A stretch of 64,000 nt of DNA from a bacterium (GTDB lineage: Bacteria; Patescibacteriota; Minisyncoccia; Phycocordibacterales; UBA2100): contig JAJXVV010000004.1 of NCBI GenBank assembly GCA_021781955.1, positions 1,739 through 65,738 on the forward strand, written 5' to 3'. Below, in pieces: positions 7,578 to 17,503 of the stretch. A model generated the notes under the pieces. The model saw only the letters and a program-made list of their open reading frames with translations. It was not told where the DNA came from and ran no database searches. The translations under genes were made by a program, and so were the position numbers. How positions within the stretch are numbered: position 1 is the stretch's first letter; the number at the start of each line of letters is the position of its first letter.

Positions 7578-10500
7578 ATGATGTAAAAAAAGTCCTGCTT
7601 CTTGGATCGGGAGGGTTGCGTATCGGACAGGCGGGCGAATTCGATTATTCCGGCTCGCAAGCGATAAAAGCGCTCAAGGAGGAGGGCGTCGAGGTCGTGC
7701 TCATGAACCCCAACATCGCGACGGTGCAAACGGACCTGCCCGTCGATGCGCCCGCCAAAGCCGCGCCGAAGACTCGCCGCACACGTCCGGCACGCGCGCC
7801 GCAGCCGGACCAGAAATTCGCGGACACGGTCTATTTTCTTCCGCTCACCAAAGAGTTCGCGGCCGACGTCATCGCCAAGGAGAAGCCGGACGCCATCCTG
7901 CTCTCGTTCGGCGGCCAGACCGCGCTCAATCTCGGACTCGAACTCGAGGAGAGTGGCGTTTTGGCCGAACACGGCGTGCGCGTACTCGGCACGCCCGTCT
8001 CGACCATTCGCGATACGGAGGACCGCGACCTGTTCATCAAACGCTTGGACGAGATCGGCGTAAAGACCGCGCGTTCCGAAGCCGCGAACACGATCGAGGA
8101 AGCGCTCGAAGCGGCGCGCGAGCTCGGGTACCCGCTCATGATACGCGCGGGATTCGCGCTCGGCGGGCTTGGCTCGGGCGTCGTACAGGACGAGCCTGAG
8201 CTCACCCGGCGGCTCGAGGAGGTATTCCATTCCACGTCGCAGGTGCTCGTCGAGGAGAATTTGAGCGGCTGGAAAGAGGTGGAGTACGAGGTCGTACGCG
8301 ATCGGGCCGACAACTGCATCACGGTCTGCAACATGGAGAACCTCGATCCGATGGGCGTCCACACCGGCGAGAGCTTCGTGGTCGCGCCCTCGCAAACGCT
8401 TTCCAATGAGGAGTACCACCGCCTGCGCGAGATAGCCATCCGCACGATCCGCCACCTCGGCATCGTCGGCGAATGCAACATCCAGTACGCGCTCGATCCG
8501 CGCAGCGGCGATTACCGCGTCATAGAGGTCAACGCGCGCCTTTCGCGCTCCTCCGCGCTCGCCTCGAAGGCGACCGGCTATCCGCTCGCCTTCGTCGCGG
8601 CCAAGCTCGCGCTCGGGTACCGGCTTACCGACATCAAGAATTCCGTGACCGGCAAGACGACTGCCTGCTTCGAGCCCGCGCTCGACTACCTCGTCCTCAA
8701 AGCGCCGCGCTGGGACCTCGCCAAGTTCGATAATGCGGCTGCGCACATCGGCACGGAGATGAAGAGCGTCGGCGAGGTGATGGCGATCGGGCGCAGTTTC
8801 GAGGAGGTGCTGCAAAAAGCGCTCCGCATGCTTAACACCGGACTCGACGGCTTCGTTCTTGGCAAGCATTCCCCCTCCCTCGAACGCGCGCTCGATGAAA
8901 TCGAGCATCCGACGACGCGCCGCATCACGGCGCTTGCCGAAGCGCTCCACGCGGGCGAGAGCGTCGCGAGGCTGCACGAGCTTTCCAAGATCGACCCGTG
9001 GTTCCTCGAAAAGATGCGGAACATCGTCGCCTGCGAGGAACGCATCGCTCGGGAAGGCTTGGATCAGAGTAGTCTCACGCGCGCGAAGCGCCTCGGCTTC
9101 TCAGACAAGCAGCTCGCGAAACTCACCCGTTCGACGGAAGGTGCGGTGCGCACGTTGCGCAAGCGGCTGCGCGTGACGCCGGTCGTAAAGCAAATAGACA
9201 CGCTCGCGGGCGAATTTCCGGCACGGACGAACTACCTCTATCTCACCTACCACGGCAGCGAACACGATCTCAAACCCGGCCGCCGCTCGCAAATCGCCGT
9301 GTTGGGCGGCGGCCCGTACTGCATCGGGTCGTCGGTCGAGTTCGACTGGTCTTCGGTGCAAGCGTTGCGCACGCTCAAACGAGAGCGGCACGACACCATT
9401 ATGATCAACTCGAACCCCGAGACCGTCTCGACCGACTACGACATGTCGGACCGACTCTACTTCGAGGAGCTCTCGCTCGAGCGCGTGCTTGATATTCTCG
9501 ACTTCGAGAAGCCGCAGGGCGTCGTTATCTCGACCGGCGGCCAGATACCGAACAACCTCGCGCTCCCGCTCCACGAACACCGCGTGAACATCCTCGGCAC
9601 ATCTCCCGCCAACATCGATCGCGCCGAGAACCGGCACGTGTTCTCACAGATGCTCGACGAGCTCGGCATCGCACAAGCCGAGTGGGCCGAGCTCACGACG
9701 CCCGAGGAAGCGGCCCGCACAGCCGAGCGCATCGGCTATCCCGTCCTCGTCCGACCTTCATACGTCCTTTCGGGCGCTGCCATGAAAGTCGCGTACGATG
9801 CCGATTCTTTGATTGCCTTTCTACGGCGCGCGGTCGACGTTTCCTCCGACCATCCGGTCGTCATATCGAAATTCATCGAGAACGCGCGCGAGATCGAGAT
9901 CGACGGCGTGGCCGACAAAGGCGCGCTCGCCATCTACGCCATCACCGAACACGTCGAGAACGCGGGCACGCACTCGGGCGATGCGACCGTCGTGCTCCCG
10001 CCGCAGCGCACCTACCTCGAGACGATCCGCCGCGCCAAACTCATCACCAAGCGCCTCGTGCGCGCGCTCAACATCACCGGCCCCTTCAACATCCAGTTCA
10101 TCGCGAAGGACAACCACCTGCTCGTCATCGAATGCAACCTCCGCGCGTCGCGCAGCTTCCCGTTCGTCTCAAAGGTGACCGGCCACAACTTCATCGATAT
10201 GGCGGTGCGCGCGATGCTCGGCAAGGATATCAGCGGCCACTACCGCACCGTCGATCTCGACCTTGTCGCGGTCAAATCCCCGCAATTCTCCTACGGGCGC
10301 ATCAAAGGCGCCGACCCGCGCACCGGCGTCGAAATGGCATCGACCGGTGAGGTCGCCTGTTTTGGCGACTCTTTCAGCGAAGCGCTCCTGAAATCGATGC
10401 TCGCCTCCGGCATGCGACTGCCGAAAGGCAACGTGCTCGTCTCTGTAGGCGGCGAAGAAAGCAAGATAAAACTATTGCCGATCATGCGTCTCATGCACGA

Positions 10501-10834
10501 GATGAAGTTCTCGCTCACGGCGACCGAGCACACAGCCGACTTCTTACGCCAACATGGCGTGCCGTGCGAACGCGTCTACAAGCTGCGCGACAAGCGTGAG
10601 CCCAATGTCGGTGCGCTGCTCGAACGCGGCAGCCTCGACCTCATCATCAACATCCCGACCAGCGCCTTCGCCGGCGAAACGACCGACGGCTCGATCATCC
10701 GCCGCAAAGCGGTCGATCTCAACATCCCACTCATTACGAACAGGCAGCTTGCGGAAGCCTTCGTCAATGCGCTGCTCGAGCAGCGCGGGGACGGCCTCAA
10801 GACAAGGTCTTCGGCCGAATATTCGCGCGGCTAA
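7574..10834 (+). CDS. carB: Carbamoyl-phosphate synthase large subunit
   Basis: IGQAGEFDYSGSQA, two ATP-grasp halves, NSNPETVSTDYD, C-terminal MGS domain; ATGA overlap with carA. Confidence 0.97.
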   Translation: MNDVKKVLLLGSGGLRIGQAGEFDYSGSQAIKALKEEGVEVVLMNPNIATVQTDLPVDAPAKAAPKTRRTRPARAPQPDQKFADTVYFLPLTKEFAADVIAKEKPDAILLSFGGQTALNLGLELEESGVLAEHGVRVLGTPVSTIRDTEDRDLFIKRLDEIGVKTARSEAANTIEEALEAARELGYPLMIRAGFALGGLGSGVVQDEPELTRRLEEVFHSTSQVLVEENLSGWKEVEYEVVRDRADNCITVCNMENLDPMGVHTGESFVVAPSQTLSNEEYHRLREIAIRTIRHLGIVGECNIQYALDPRSGDYRVIEVNARLSRSSALASKATGYPLAFVAAKLALGYRLTDIKNSVTGKTTACFEPALDYLVLKAPRWDLAKFDNAAAHIGTEMKSVGEVMAIGRSFEEVLQKALRMLNTGLDGFVLGKHSPSLERALDEIEHPTTRRITALAEALHAGESVARLHELSKIDPWFLEKMRNIVACEERIAREGLDQSSLTRAKRLGFSDKQLAKLTRSTEGAVRTLRKRLRVTPVVKQIDTLAGEFPARTNYLYLTYHGSEHDLKPGRRSQIAVLGGGPYCIGSSVEFDWSSVQALRTLKRERHDTIMINSNPETVSTDYDMSDRLYFEELSLERVLDILDFEKPQGVVISTGGQIPNNLALPLHEHRVNILGTSPANIDRAENRHVFSQMLDELGIAQAEWAELTTPEEAARTAERIGYPVLVRPSYVLSGAAMKVAYDADSLIAFLRRAVDVSSDHPVVISKFIENAREIEIDGVADKGALAIYAITEHVENAGTHSGDATVVLPPQRTYLETIRRAKLITKRLVRALNITGPFNIQFIAKDNHLLVIECNLRASRSFPFVSKVTGHNFIDMAVRAMLGKDISGHYRTVDLDLVAVKSPQFSYGRIKGADPRTGVEMASTGEVACFGDSFSEALLKSMLASGMRLPKGNVLVSVGGEESKIKLLPIMRLMHEMKFSLTATEHTADFLRQHGVPCERVYKLRDKREPNVGALLERGSLDLIINIPTSAFAGETTDGSIIRRKAVDLNIPLITNRQLAEAFVNALLEQRGDGLKTRSSAEYSRG

Positions 10835-13443
10835 TCCCGCTTCTTTCTCAACACTCGTTTGAGGTAATGCCCCGTGTGCGAGCCATCGGTGCGGGAGACC
10901 TCTTCGGGAGTCCCCTGAGCCACGATCTGCCCGCCACCCGCGCCTCCTTCAGGGCCCATGTCGATGAGATAGTCGGCGCACTTGAGCATGTCGAGATTGT
11001 GCTCGATGACGACGACCGAGTTGCCGCGATCGACAAGCTTCTGCAGTATTTGTATGAGCTTCGCAACGTCGTCGTAATGCAAACCGACGGTCGGCTCGTC
11101 GAGCAAGTAGATGGTCTTGGTCGTAAGGGGACGATACAGTTCGGACGCGATCTTCACGCGCTGCGCTTCCCCACCGGAAAGCGTCGTCGCGCTCTGGCCG
11201 AGTTCGAGATAGCCGAGCCCCACGTCTATGAGCGTTTGCAGCCGATCGGCTATCGCCGGAATATCGTCGAAAAATCCGCGCGCCTCCTCGACCGTCATCG
11301 AGAGCACGTCGTGGATGTTCTTTTTCTTGTATTTCACCTCGAGCGTCTCTTTCATGAACCGCTTGCCATTGCACACGTCGCAGGTCACGTACACGGTCGG
11401 CAAAAAGTGCATCTCGACGGCGACGAGCCCATTGCCTTGGCAAGCCTCGCAGCGGCCGCCGCGCACGTTAAACGAGAAGCGGCTCGGCCCCCAGCCGCGC
11501 GCCTTCGCCTCATCGCTCATCGCGAACATATCGCGAATGTGCGTCCACGCGCCCGTGTAGGTGGCTGGATTGCTGCGCGGCGTGCGCCCGATGGGCGATT
11601 GATCGATGAGTATCGCGCGACCGAGATACTCGGTGCCAGAAAATTCCTTGGCGTTGTAAATTTTGGCCGTGCGGTAGCGCTTGTCGAAGCGCGCCCGCAA
11701 ATTGCGGTGCAGTATCTCGTAGAGGAAGGTCGACTTGCCGGAACCGGAAACGCCCGACACGACGACGAACTTCTGGAGCGGTATGTCCGCGTTGAGGTTC
11801 TTGATGTTGAATTTCTCTGCGCCGCGTATCTTCAGCTTGCCTCGATCGGCCGTACGGCGCTTCTCGGGAAGTTCGATGCGCTCCTCCTCGCGCAGGTACG
11901 CGAGCGTCCGCGAACCGCTCTTATTGGTCTTGGCGGTAAGCAAATCCTCAAGCCAGCCGGACACGACGATGGTGCCGCCGTGCGTCCCGGCGCCCGGACC
12001 GATGTCGACGAGGTAATCGGCAGCGAAGATCGTATCTTCATCGTGCTCGACCACGAGGACCGTGTTGCCGAGTTCGCGCAAGTGCTTCAGCGTCTCGATG
12101 AGCTTGTCGTTGTCGCGCTGATGCAGACCGATCGTCGGTTCGTCGAGCACGTAGAGCGCTCCGACCAATCCCGAGCCGAGCTGTGACGCGAGCCGTATGC
12201 GCTGCGCTTCGCCGCCCGAGAGCGTGTTTGCCTTGCGATCGAGCGTAAGGTATTCAATCCCGACATTGAGCATGAATTGCAGTCGCGACGTAATCTCCTT
12301 GATGATGACGCGCGAGATATCCTGTTCGGTTTTCGTGAGTTTCAGATCGCTGAAGAAGACGATCGCCTCTTCGATGGATAACGACGACAATTTGACGATA
12401 TCTGCGCCTTTCGCGGGCGCGTCGTGCGCTGCGGGTTCCTTTACATGCCCGAGGAACACGTTGAGCGCCTCGGATCGCAGGCGCGCGCCGTGGCACACGT
12501 CGCATGACTCGTCACCGAAGAGGTATTTCGTGCCGAGCCCCTTGCATTCTGGGCATGCGCCATACGGCGAATTGAACGAGAAGAGGCGCGGCTCGATCTC
12601 GGGGAACGAAAAGCCGTCGTACGCACACATGAACTTCGCCGACACGATGCGGCTTTCGCCTCCAACGTCGGTGATCTTCACGAGGCCGTCGGCCTCATGA
12701 AGCGCGCGCTCGATGGCCTCGAGCGCGCGCTCACGAGCGCCTTTCGGGTCGTCGCTGAACTCGCTCACGAAGATATCGTCGACGACGATATCGACATCGT
12801 GCTTGGAATTCTTCTTGAGCTCTATGCGGGAACGCAGCGATTTTTCTTCGCCGTCGACGACGGCCTTTTCGTACCCCTTGTTGAGCATGTCATACAAGAG
12901 CTGGTAATACTCCCCTTTTCGTCCGACCACGACGGGCGCGGCGATGCGGATCTTGTCGGTCGAGACGCCTTTCGTCAGCTTACCGCCGTTTGCGCCTTTC
13001 CGCACCGACTCAACGACCGCGAGGACCGACTCCAGTATCTCCTCATTGGAGAGCTTGCGCACCTCCCTGCCGCACTGCGGGCAGTGCGCGTGCCCTATCC
13101 GCGCGTAGAGGACGCGCAGATAGTCGTATATCTCGGTGATCGTCGCGACCGTCGAGCGCGGATTGTTCGAGCGACTCTTCTGATCGATGGATATCGCCGG
13201 CGAGAGCCCGGATATCTCGTCTACGTCGGGCTTTTGCATTTGCCTCAGGAACTGCCGCGCATAGGCTGAGAGCGATTCGACGTACTTGCGCTGACCCTCC
13301 GCAAAGATGGTGTCGAACGCGAGCGACGACTTCCCGCTCCCCGACAGCCCGGTGAACACGATCATCTTATTGCGCGGCATCTCGACGCTCACATTCTTGA
13401 GGTTATGCGTTCTCGCTCCCTTGATGATTATTTTATCTTCCAT
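10831..13443 (-). CDS. uvrA: Excinuclease ABC subunit A
   Basis: [15 protein letters not shown], two LSGGEAQR signatures, zinc fingers. Confidence 0.97.
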   Translation of the reverse strand: MEDKIIIKGARTHNLKNVSVEMPRNKMIVFTGLSGSGKSSLAFDTIFAEGQRKYVESLSAYARQFLRQMQKPDVDEISGLSPAISIDQKSRSNNPRSTVATITEIYDYLRVLYARIGHAHCPQCGREVRKLSNEEILESVLAVVESVRKGANGGKLTKGVSTDKIRIAAPVVVGRKGEYYQLLYDMLNKGYEKAVVDGEEKSLRSRIELKKNSKHDVDIVVDDIFVSEFSDDPKGARERALEAIERALHEADGLVKITDVGGESRIVSAKFMCAYDGFSFPEIEPRLFSFNSPYGACPECKGLGTKYLFGDESCDVCHGARLRSEALNVFLGHVKEPAAHDAPAKGADIVKLSSLSIEEAIVFFSDLKLTKTEQDISRVIIKEITSRLQFMLNVGIEYLTLDRKANTLSGGEAQRIRLASQLGSGLVGALYVLDEPTIGLHQRDNDKLIETLKHLRELGNTVLVVEHDEDTIFAADYLVDIGPGAGTHGGTIVVSGWLEDLLTAKTNKSGSRTLAYLREEERIELPEKRRTADRGKLKIRGAEKFNIKNLNADIPLQKFVVVSGVSGSGKSTFLYEILHRNLRARFDKRYRTAKIYNAKEFSGTEYLGRAILIDQSPIGRTPRSNPATYTGAWTHIRDMFAMSDEAKARGWGPSRFSFNVRGGRCEACQGNGLVAVEMHFLPTVYVTCDVCNGKRFMKETLEVKYKKKNIHDVLSMTVEEARGFFDDIPAIADRLQTLIDVGLGYLELGQSATTLSGGEAQRVKIASELYRPLTTKTIYLLDEPTVGLHYDDVAKLIQILQKLVDRGNSVVVIEHNLDMLKCADYLIDMGPEGGAGGGQIVAQGTPEEVSRTDGSHTGHYLKRVLRKKRD

Positions 13444-13521
13444 AGACGCAAAAACCGCCCTCGTTCATTGCGAGGGGCAGGTAGGAGCAACTATATAGCA
13501 TGTTCGCCGCGATATCCACAC

Positions 13522-13549
13522 TTGCATACATATTAGTGTATGCTAATAT
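13522..13549 (+). promoter_or_regulatory. arsR promoter with overlapping inverted repeats (probable autoregulatory operator)
   Basis: GCATACA-N6-TGTATGC (13524-13543) and ATATTAG-N6-CTAATAT (13530-13549); TTGCAT...TAATAT just before ATG. Confidence 0.6.
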
Positions 13550-13555
13550 ATACCC

Positions 13556-13819
13556 ATGCATAAAAAGGCGGTACGGGCAGCGGTGAGCAACGAGACCCGC
13601 ACGCGCATCATCGCGTGCCTCGGCACCGGTCATAAGACCGTGAACGAGCTGCGCGCGGTATGCCGCCTTTCGCAATCAGCCGTCTCGCAGCACCTCATGC
13701 GGTTGCGCGCCGCCGGTGCGGTCGCGAGCGAGAAGCGCGGCCGCGAGCGCGTCTATCGCGCGACGCATCCGAGCATCGTGCGCGTATGCCGTTCGATTAT
13801 CAATCTTATCCGATCGTAA
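13556..13819 (+). CDS. ArsR/SmtB family transcriptional regulator
   Basis: RTRIIACL...TVNEL...SQSAVSQHLMRLRAAGAV...RGRERVY winged HTH. Confidence 0.92.
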   Translation: MHKKAVRAAVSNETRTRIIACLGTGHKTVNELRAVCRLSQSAVSQHLMRLRAAGAVASEKRGRERVYRATHPSIVRVCRSIINLIRS

Positions 13820-13906
13820 TCTGCGCAGGGCTTCACGCACGTGACCAACCTCCAAGGCGGGATCGAGAACTGGGGAGCCGCCGGATATCCCACTACTACC
13901 AGCTAA
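13820..13906 (+). pseudogene. Rhodanese domain C-terminal remnant
   Basis: Translates SAQGFTHVTNLQGGIENWGAAGYPTTTS*, matching the rhodanese C-terminal signature; no start codon or active-site half. Confidence 0.7.
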
Positions 13907-13927
13907 TTATCATTTAACAAAATCACT

Positions 13928-14554
13928 ATGGAACTATCTTATTTCCGCAAAAGCACCCGTTCGTTCAGCGAAACGCTGCAAGCGCTTAAGAAGGCTGTAC
14001 CAGCCTCCGGCCTGACCATTCTCGCCGAGAAAGAGCTCGAGAAGGACAAGAAAGCGATGGTGTTGGCTTGCAATCCCGACTGGGCAAGGCGGCTTATCGA
14101 CGCCGATCACCGCATCGCCGGCTTCCTCCCCTGCTCGTTCCTCGTGTTCGAGAAGGACGGCGCGGTCTACGTGGGGAGCGGCGAGGCGTCCATCATCCGC
14201 TCGCTCATCCAGGGCGGTCCGCTCGTCGAGCTCGCCATCGAAGCCGAATCTGCGAGCAGGGCCATCATCCACGAAGCAGCGGGCGTCGGCGAACTCAAGC
14301 CCATGGACGTCCTCGTGTATGCCACCATGACCTGCCCCTATTGCACGAAAGTGAAGGAATGGCTCACCGCGCACAAGATCGAGCACAAAGTCGTCCACGT
14401 CGATCTCGACCGCGAAGCGGGCCGCGCGATGGTGGAAAAGACAGGCCAAATGGGCGTGCCGGTCACGGAAATATCGTACGGCGAAGATGCGGAACCGGCG
14501 TTCGTGCTCGGCTTCGACGAAGCGCGCCTCATGGAGCTGCTCGCGACTCGCTAG
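13928..14554 (+). CDS. DUF302-like domain fused to glutaredoxin (CPYC)
   Basis: N-terminal LACNP...GFLPC; C-terminal TCPYC...TGQMGVPV...GFD (YruB-type Grx). Confidence 0.8.
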   Translation: MELSYFRKSTRSFSETLQALKKAVPASGLTILAEKELEKDKKAMVLACNPDWARRLIDADHRIAGFLPCSFLVFEKDGAVYVGSGEASIIRSLIQGGPLVELAIEAESASRAIIHEAAGVGELKPMDVLVYATMTCPYCTKVKEWLTAHKIEHKVVHVDLDREAGRAMVEKTGQMGVPVTEISYGEDAEPAFVLGFDEARLMELLATR

Positions 14555-15468
14555 AACAACGCGGCTTCCTCATGCAGTTCGATGTCGAACGTCGCGCGCA
14601 CGGCATCTTTCACCTTCGCAGCGAGCGCGCGCACGTCCGCCGCGCTCGCTGCGTTTTGGTTGACGAGGTAATTGGGGTGCTGGAGCGAGGCGATAGCGCC
14701 GCCGACGATCGCCCCTTTCATGCCGGCCTTTTCTATGAGCCAGCCGGCAGGCACTCGATGTTCGCGGGACCTTGCCCCCTTCTCCGCCTCGAACTGGGCG
14801 ACGATACCCGCAGGCGCCACGGGATTCATAAAATAGCTGCCCGCTGCTCGCACGTTTTGCAAATGCCTTCGTTCGCGCTCGGCGATGATTTCCTCAGCGA
14901 GCTTGGCGCTTTCCGTGGCATCAACTTGCTGTAGACGAAGGCGCACTCGCGTGATGACCCATTCCGGATGCTCCTTGAAAAAGCTGTGCCGGTACGAAAA
15001 ATCACACTCCGCATGCTGGAACGCTCGTATCTCCCCTGTCCCGGCGTTGAGTGCTCGCACCGAGATCACGAAGTCTTTTATCTCGCTACCAAAAGCTCCC
15101 GCATTGCCGCGCACCGCACCGCCTATCGAGCCGGGGATGCCCGCGAGCTTTTCCCAGCCGCCGCACTTGCCCATCGCGGCCGCTTCGATGAGTGTGAAGA
15201 GGTTCGAACCGGCCCACGTATCTATCTCGCAAGCGCCAAAGCTCCACAGGTTGCCGACGAAATGGACGACGAGCGCGTCGAGCCCTTCGTCGGGCACGAG
15301 CACATTGCTGCCGCCCCCCAAGATGATATGCCTAAGCTCGTTCTCCTTCGCCCACGCGAGGGCTTCCGTGACATCGCGCTCGCTGCGCACTTCGCATAGG
15401 TACCGTGCAGGACCGCCTATCTGAAAAGTCGTGAGCGGGGCGAGCGAGACGTTCTCGAGCCATTTCAT
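14551..15468 (-). CDS. murB: UDP-N-acetylmuramate dehydrogenase
   Basis: TTFQIGGPA, GGGSNVL, GIPGSIGGAVRGNAGAFG, AGSYFMNP. Confidence 0.95.
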   Translation of the reverse strand: MKWLENVSLAPLTTFQIGGPARYLCEVRSERDVTEALAWAKENELRHIILGGGSNVLVPDEGLDALVVHFVGNLWSFGACEIDTWAGSNLFTLIEAAAMGKCGGWEKLAGIPGSIGGAVRGNAGAFGSEIKDFVISVRALNAGTGEIRAFQHAECDFSYRHSFFKEHPEWVITRVRLRLQQVDATESAKLAEEIIAERERRHLQNVRAAGSYFMNPVAPAGIVAQFEAEKGARSREHRVPAGWLIEKAGMKGAIVGGAIASLQHPNYLVNQNAASAADVRALAAKVKDAVRATFDIELHEEAALF

Positions 15469-15472
15469 GCAG

Positions 15473-17491
15473 CTATTTTCGCACATCTTTTTCCAGCGCT
15501 TGTATCTCGTCGCGGATGAGCGCGGCGGTCTCGAAGTCGAGCCGGTCGGCCGCCTCGTGCATCTCGCGGCGCTTCTCGCGGATGAGCTTCGCGAGGTCAG
15601 TGCCGGCGGCGCGCTCATCTATGCGTGCGAGCTCGGAGATGGCCCGCGCGCGCGAGCGTTGGATATCGCCGGTGATGTCCTTGATGCGCTTCTCGACTGT
15701 CTTTGGCGTAACGTGATGCTTCGCGTTGTGCGCGAGCTGGATCTCGCGGCGGCGATTCGTCTCTCCGACCGCTCTTTCGAGCGAGCCGGTCATGCGGTCG
15801 GCATACAGTAGTACGCGGCCGTTCACGTTGCGCGCCGCGCGGCCGATCGTTTGGATGAGCGAGGTCTCGCTTCGGAGAAAACCCTCCTTGTCCGCGTCGA
15901 GGATGCCGACCAATTCCACTTCCGGAAGATCTAATCCCTCGCGCAGCAGGTTCACGCCCACGAGCACGTCGAACGCGCCACGGCGGAAGTCGGTGAGGAT
16001 CTCAATGCGTTCGATGGTTTTCACATCGCTGTGGAGGTAGCGCGCTTTCACGCCGCGCTCGACGAGGAATTGCGCGAGGTCCTCGGCCATCTTTTTCGTG
16101 AGCACGGTCACCATGGAGCGAGCGCCGCGTTTCGTCGTTGCTTCCGCTTCGGCGATAAAATCCTTGACCTGCCCAGAGGACGGTCCTCTGCGGTTTTCTG
16201 CGGATACGTCGGCGGTAACGGGGCGAATGACGATCTCCGGATCGACGAGGCCGGTCGGACGGATGACTTGCTGTATCGGCGTACCGCTCAGCCCGAGTTC
16301 GTACGGCGCCGGCGTCGCGGATGTGTAGATGGTCTGTCCCGTGCGCTCGCGGAACTCGTCGAACGTGAGCGGGCGGTTGTCGACGGCGCTCGGCAAGCGG
16401 AAGCCGTGCTCGACGAGCGTATTTTTGCGCGAACGATCTCCCGCGTACATGCCGCCGATCTGCGAGATGGTCACGTGAGACTCATCGATGACAGTGAGAA
16501 AATCTTTTGGGAAATATGAGAGCAGCGTGTAGGGCGGCTCCCCCGGCTTGCGGCGGTCGAAATGCCGCGAGTAATTCTCGATGCCGTTGCAGTAGCCGAA
16601 CTCGCGGATCATGGTGATGTCCTGGCGCGTTCGGCGCTTCAAGCGCTCAGCTTCGAGCGGCTTGCCGGCGGCATCGAGCTCCTTGAGCCGCTGCTTGAGT
16701 TCCGCTTCGATGTCGGCGAGCGCCGCATCCTGCACATCCTTCGGCGTCACATACTGGCGCGCCGGGAAGATGAACAGCGCTTCATGCCGCGTGACGATGG
16801 CGCGCGTCATCGCATCTATCTCCTCTATCTTGGAGACGCGACCGCCCGCGAGATCGATCCGATAGACGACTCGCTCGCCCGCCGGCATGACCTCGACGTA
16901 CGCACCGAGCGCGCGGAACGTGCCGGGCGAAAGATCGCCGGTCGTACGCTCGAAGTAGATGGAGATGAGCTTGCGGGTGAGCGTTGCGCGCGTCATCTGC
17001 TCGCCCTGCATCAGCTTGAGATTGACCTTCTCGTACTCAATCGGCGAACCGAGGCCGTAGATGCACGAGACCGACGCGACGACGATGACATCCTTGCGCG
17101 TGAGGAGCGCCTGCGTCGCGGCATGCCGCAAGCGCTCGATGTCCTCGTTGATCTGCGCCTCTTTCTCGATGTAGGTGTCGGTGACGGGCACGTACGCTTC
17201 CGGCTGATAGTAGTCGTAGTAGGAAACGAAATAATGCACCGCGTTGTGCGGGAAGAACTCGCGGTACTCAGCGGCGAGCTGCGCGGCAAGAGTTTTGTTG
17301 TGCGCGATGACCAGGGTCGGGCGCTGCGCCTCGGCGATCATGTTGGCGACCGTAAAAGTCTTGCCCGAACCGGTCACGCCGAGGAGCGTCTGATCACGCT
17401 TTCTCTCTTGTAGGCCCTGCACGAGCGAACGAATGGCCTCCGGCTGATCGCCGGAGGGCTGGTATGACGATTCGAGCTTGAACCCGTTCAC
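15473..17491 (-). CDS. uvrB: Excinuclease ABC subunit B
   Basis: GVTGSGKT, YYDYYQPEAY, DESH, NLLREGLDLPEV, C-terminal UVR domain. Confidence 0.97.
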   Translation of the reverse strand: MNGFKLESSYQPSGDQPEAIRSLVQGLQERKRDQTLLGVTGSGKTFTVANMIAEAQRPTLVIAHNKTLAAQLAAEYREFFPHNAVHYFVSYYDYYQPEAYVPVTDTYIEKEAQINEDIERLRHAATQALLTRKDVIVVASVSCIYGLGSPIEYEKVNLKLMQGEQMTRATLTRKLISIYFERTTGDLSPGTFRALGAYVEVMPAGERVVYRIDLAGGRVSKIEEIDAMTRAIVTRHEALFIFPARQYVTPKDVQDAALADIEAELKQRLKELDAAGKPLEAERLKRRTRQDITMIREFGYCNGIENYSRHFDRRKPGEPPYTLLSYFPKDFLTVIDESHVTISQIGGMYAGDRSRKNTLVEHGFRLPSAVDNRPLTFDEFRERTGQTIYTSATPAPYELGLSGTPIQQVIRPTGLVDPEIVIRPVTADVSAENRRGPSSGQVKDFIAEAEATTKRGARSMVTVLTKKMAEDLAQFLVERGVKARYLHSDVKTIERIEILTDFRRGAFDVLVGVNLLREGLDLPEVELVGILDADKEGFLRSETSLIQTIGRAARNVNGRVLLYADRMTGSLERAVGETNRRREIQLAHNAKHHVTPKTVEKRIKDITGDIQRSRARAISELARIDERAAGTDLAKLIREKRREMHEAADRLDFETAALIRDEIQALEKDVRK
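16174..16190. repeat. 17-bp palindrome, copy 1 (inside uvrB)
   Basis: CAGAGGACGGTCCTCTG; read as RGPSS in UvrB. Confidence 0.85.
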
Positions 17492-17503
17492 CAGAACACT
17501 CTA

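Noticed and set aside
13817-13819. Programmed readthrough producing a functional ArsR-rhodanese fusion
   Set aside because: Stop is TAA and the downstream piece lacks the rhodanese active-site Cys; a deletion scar is simpler
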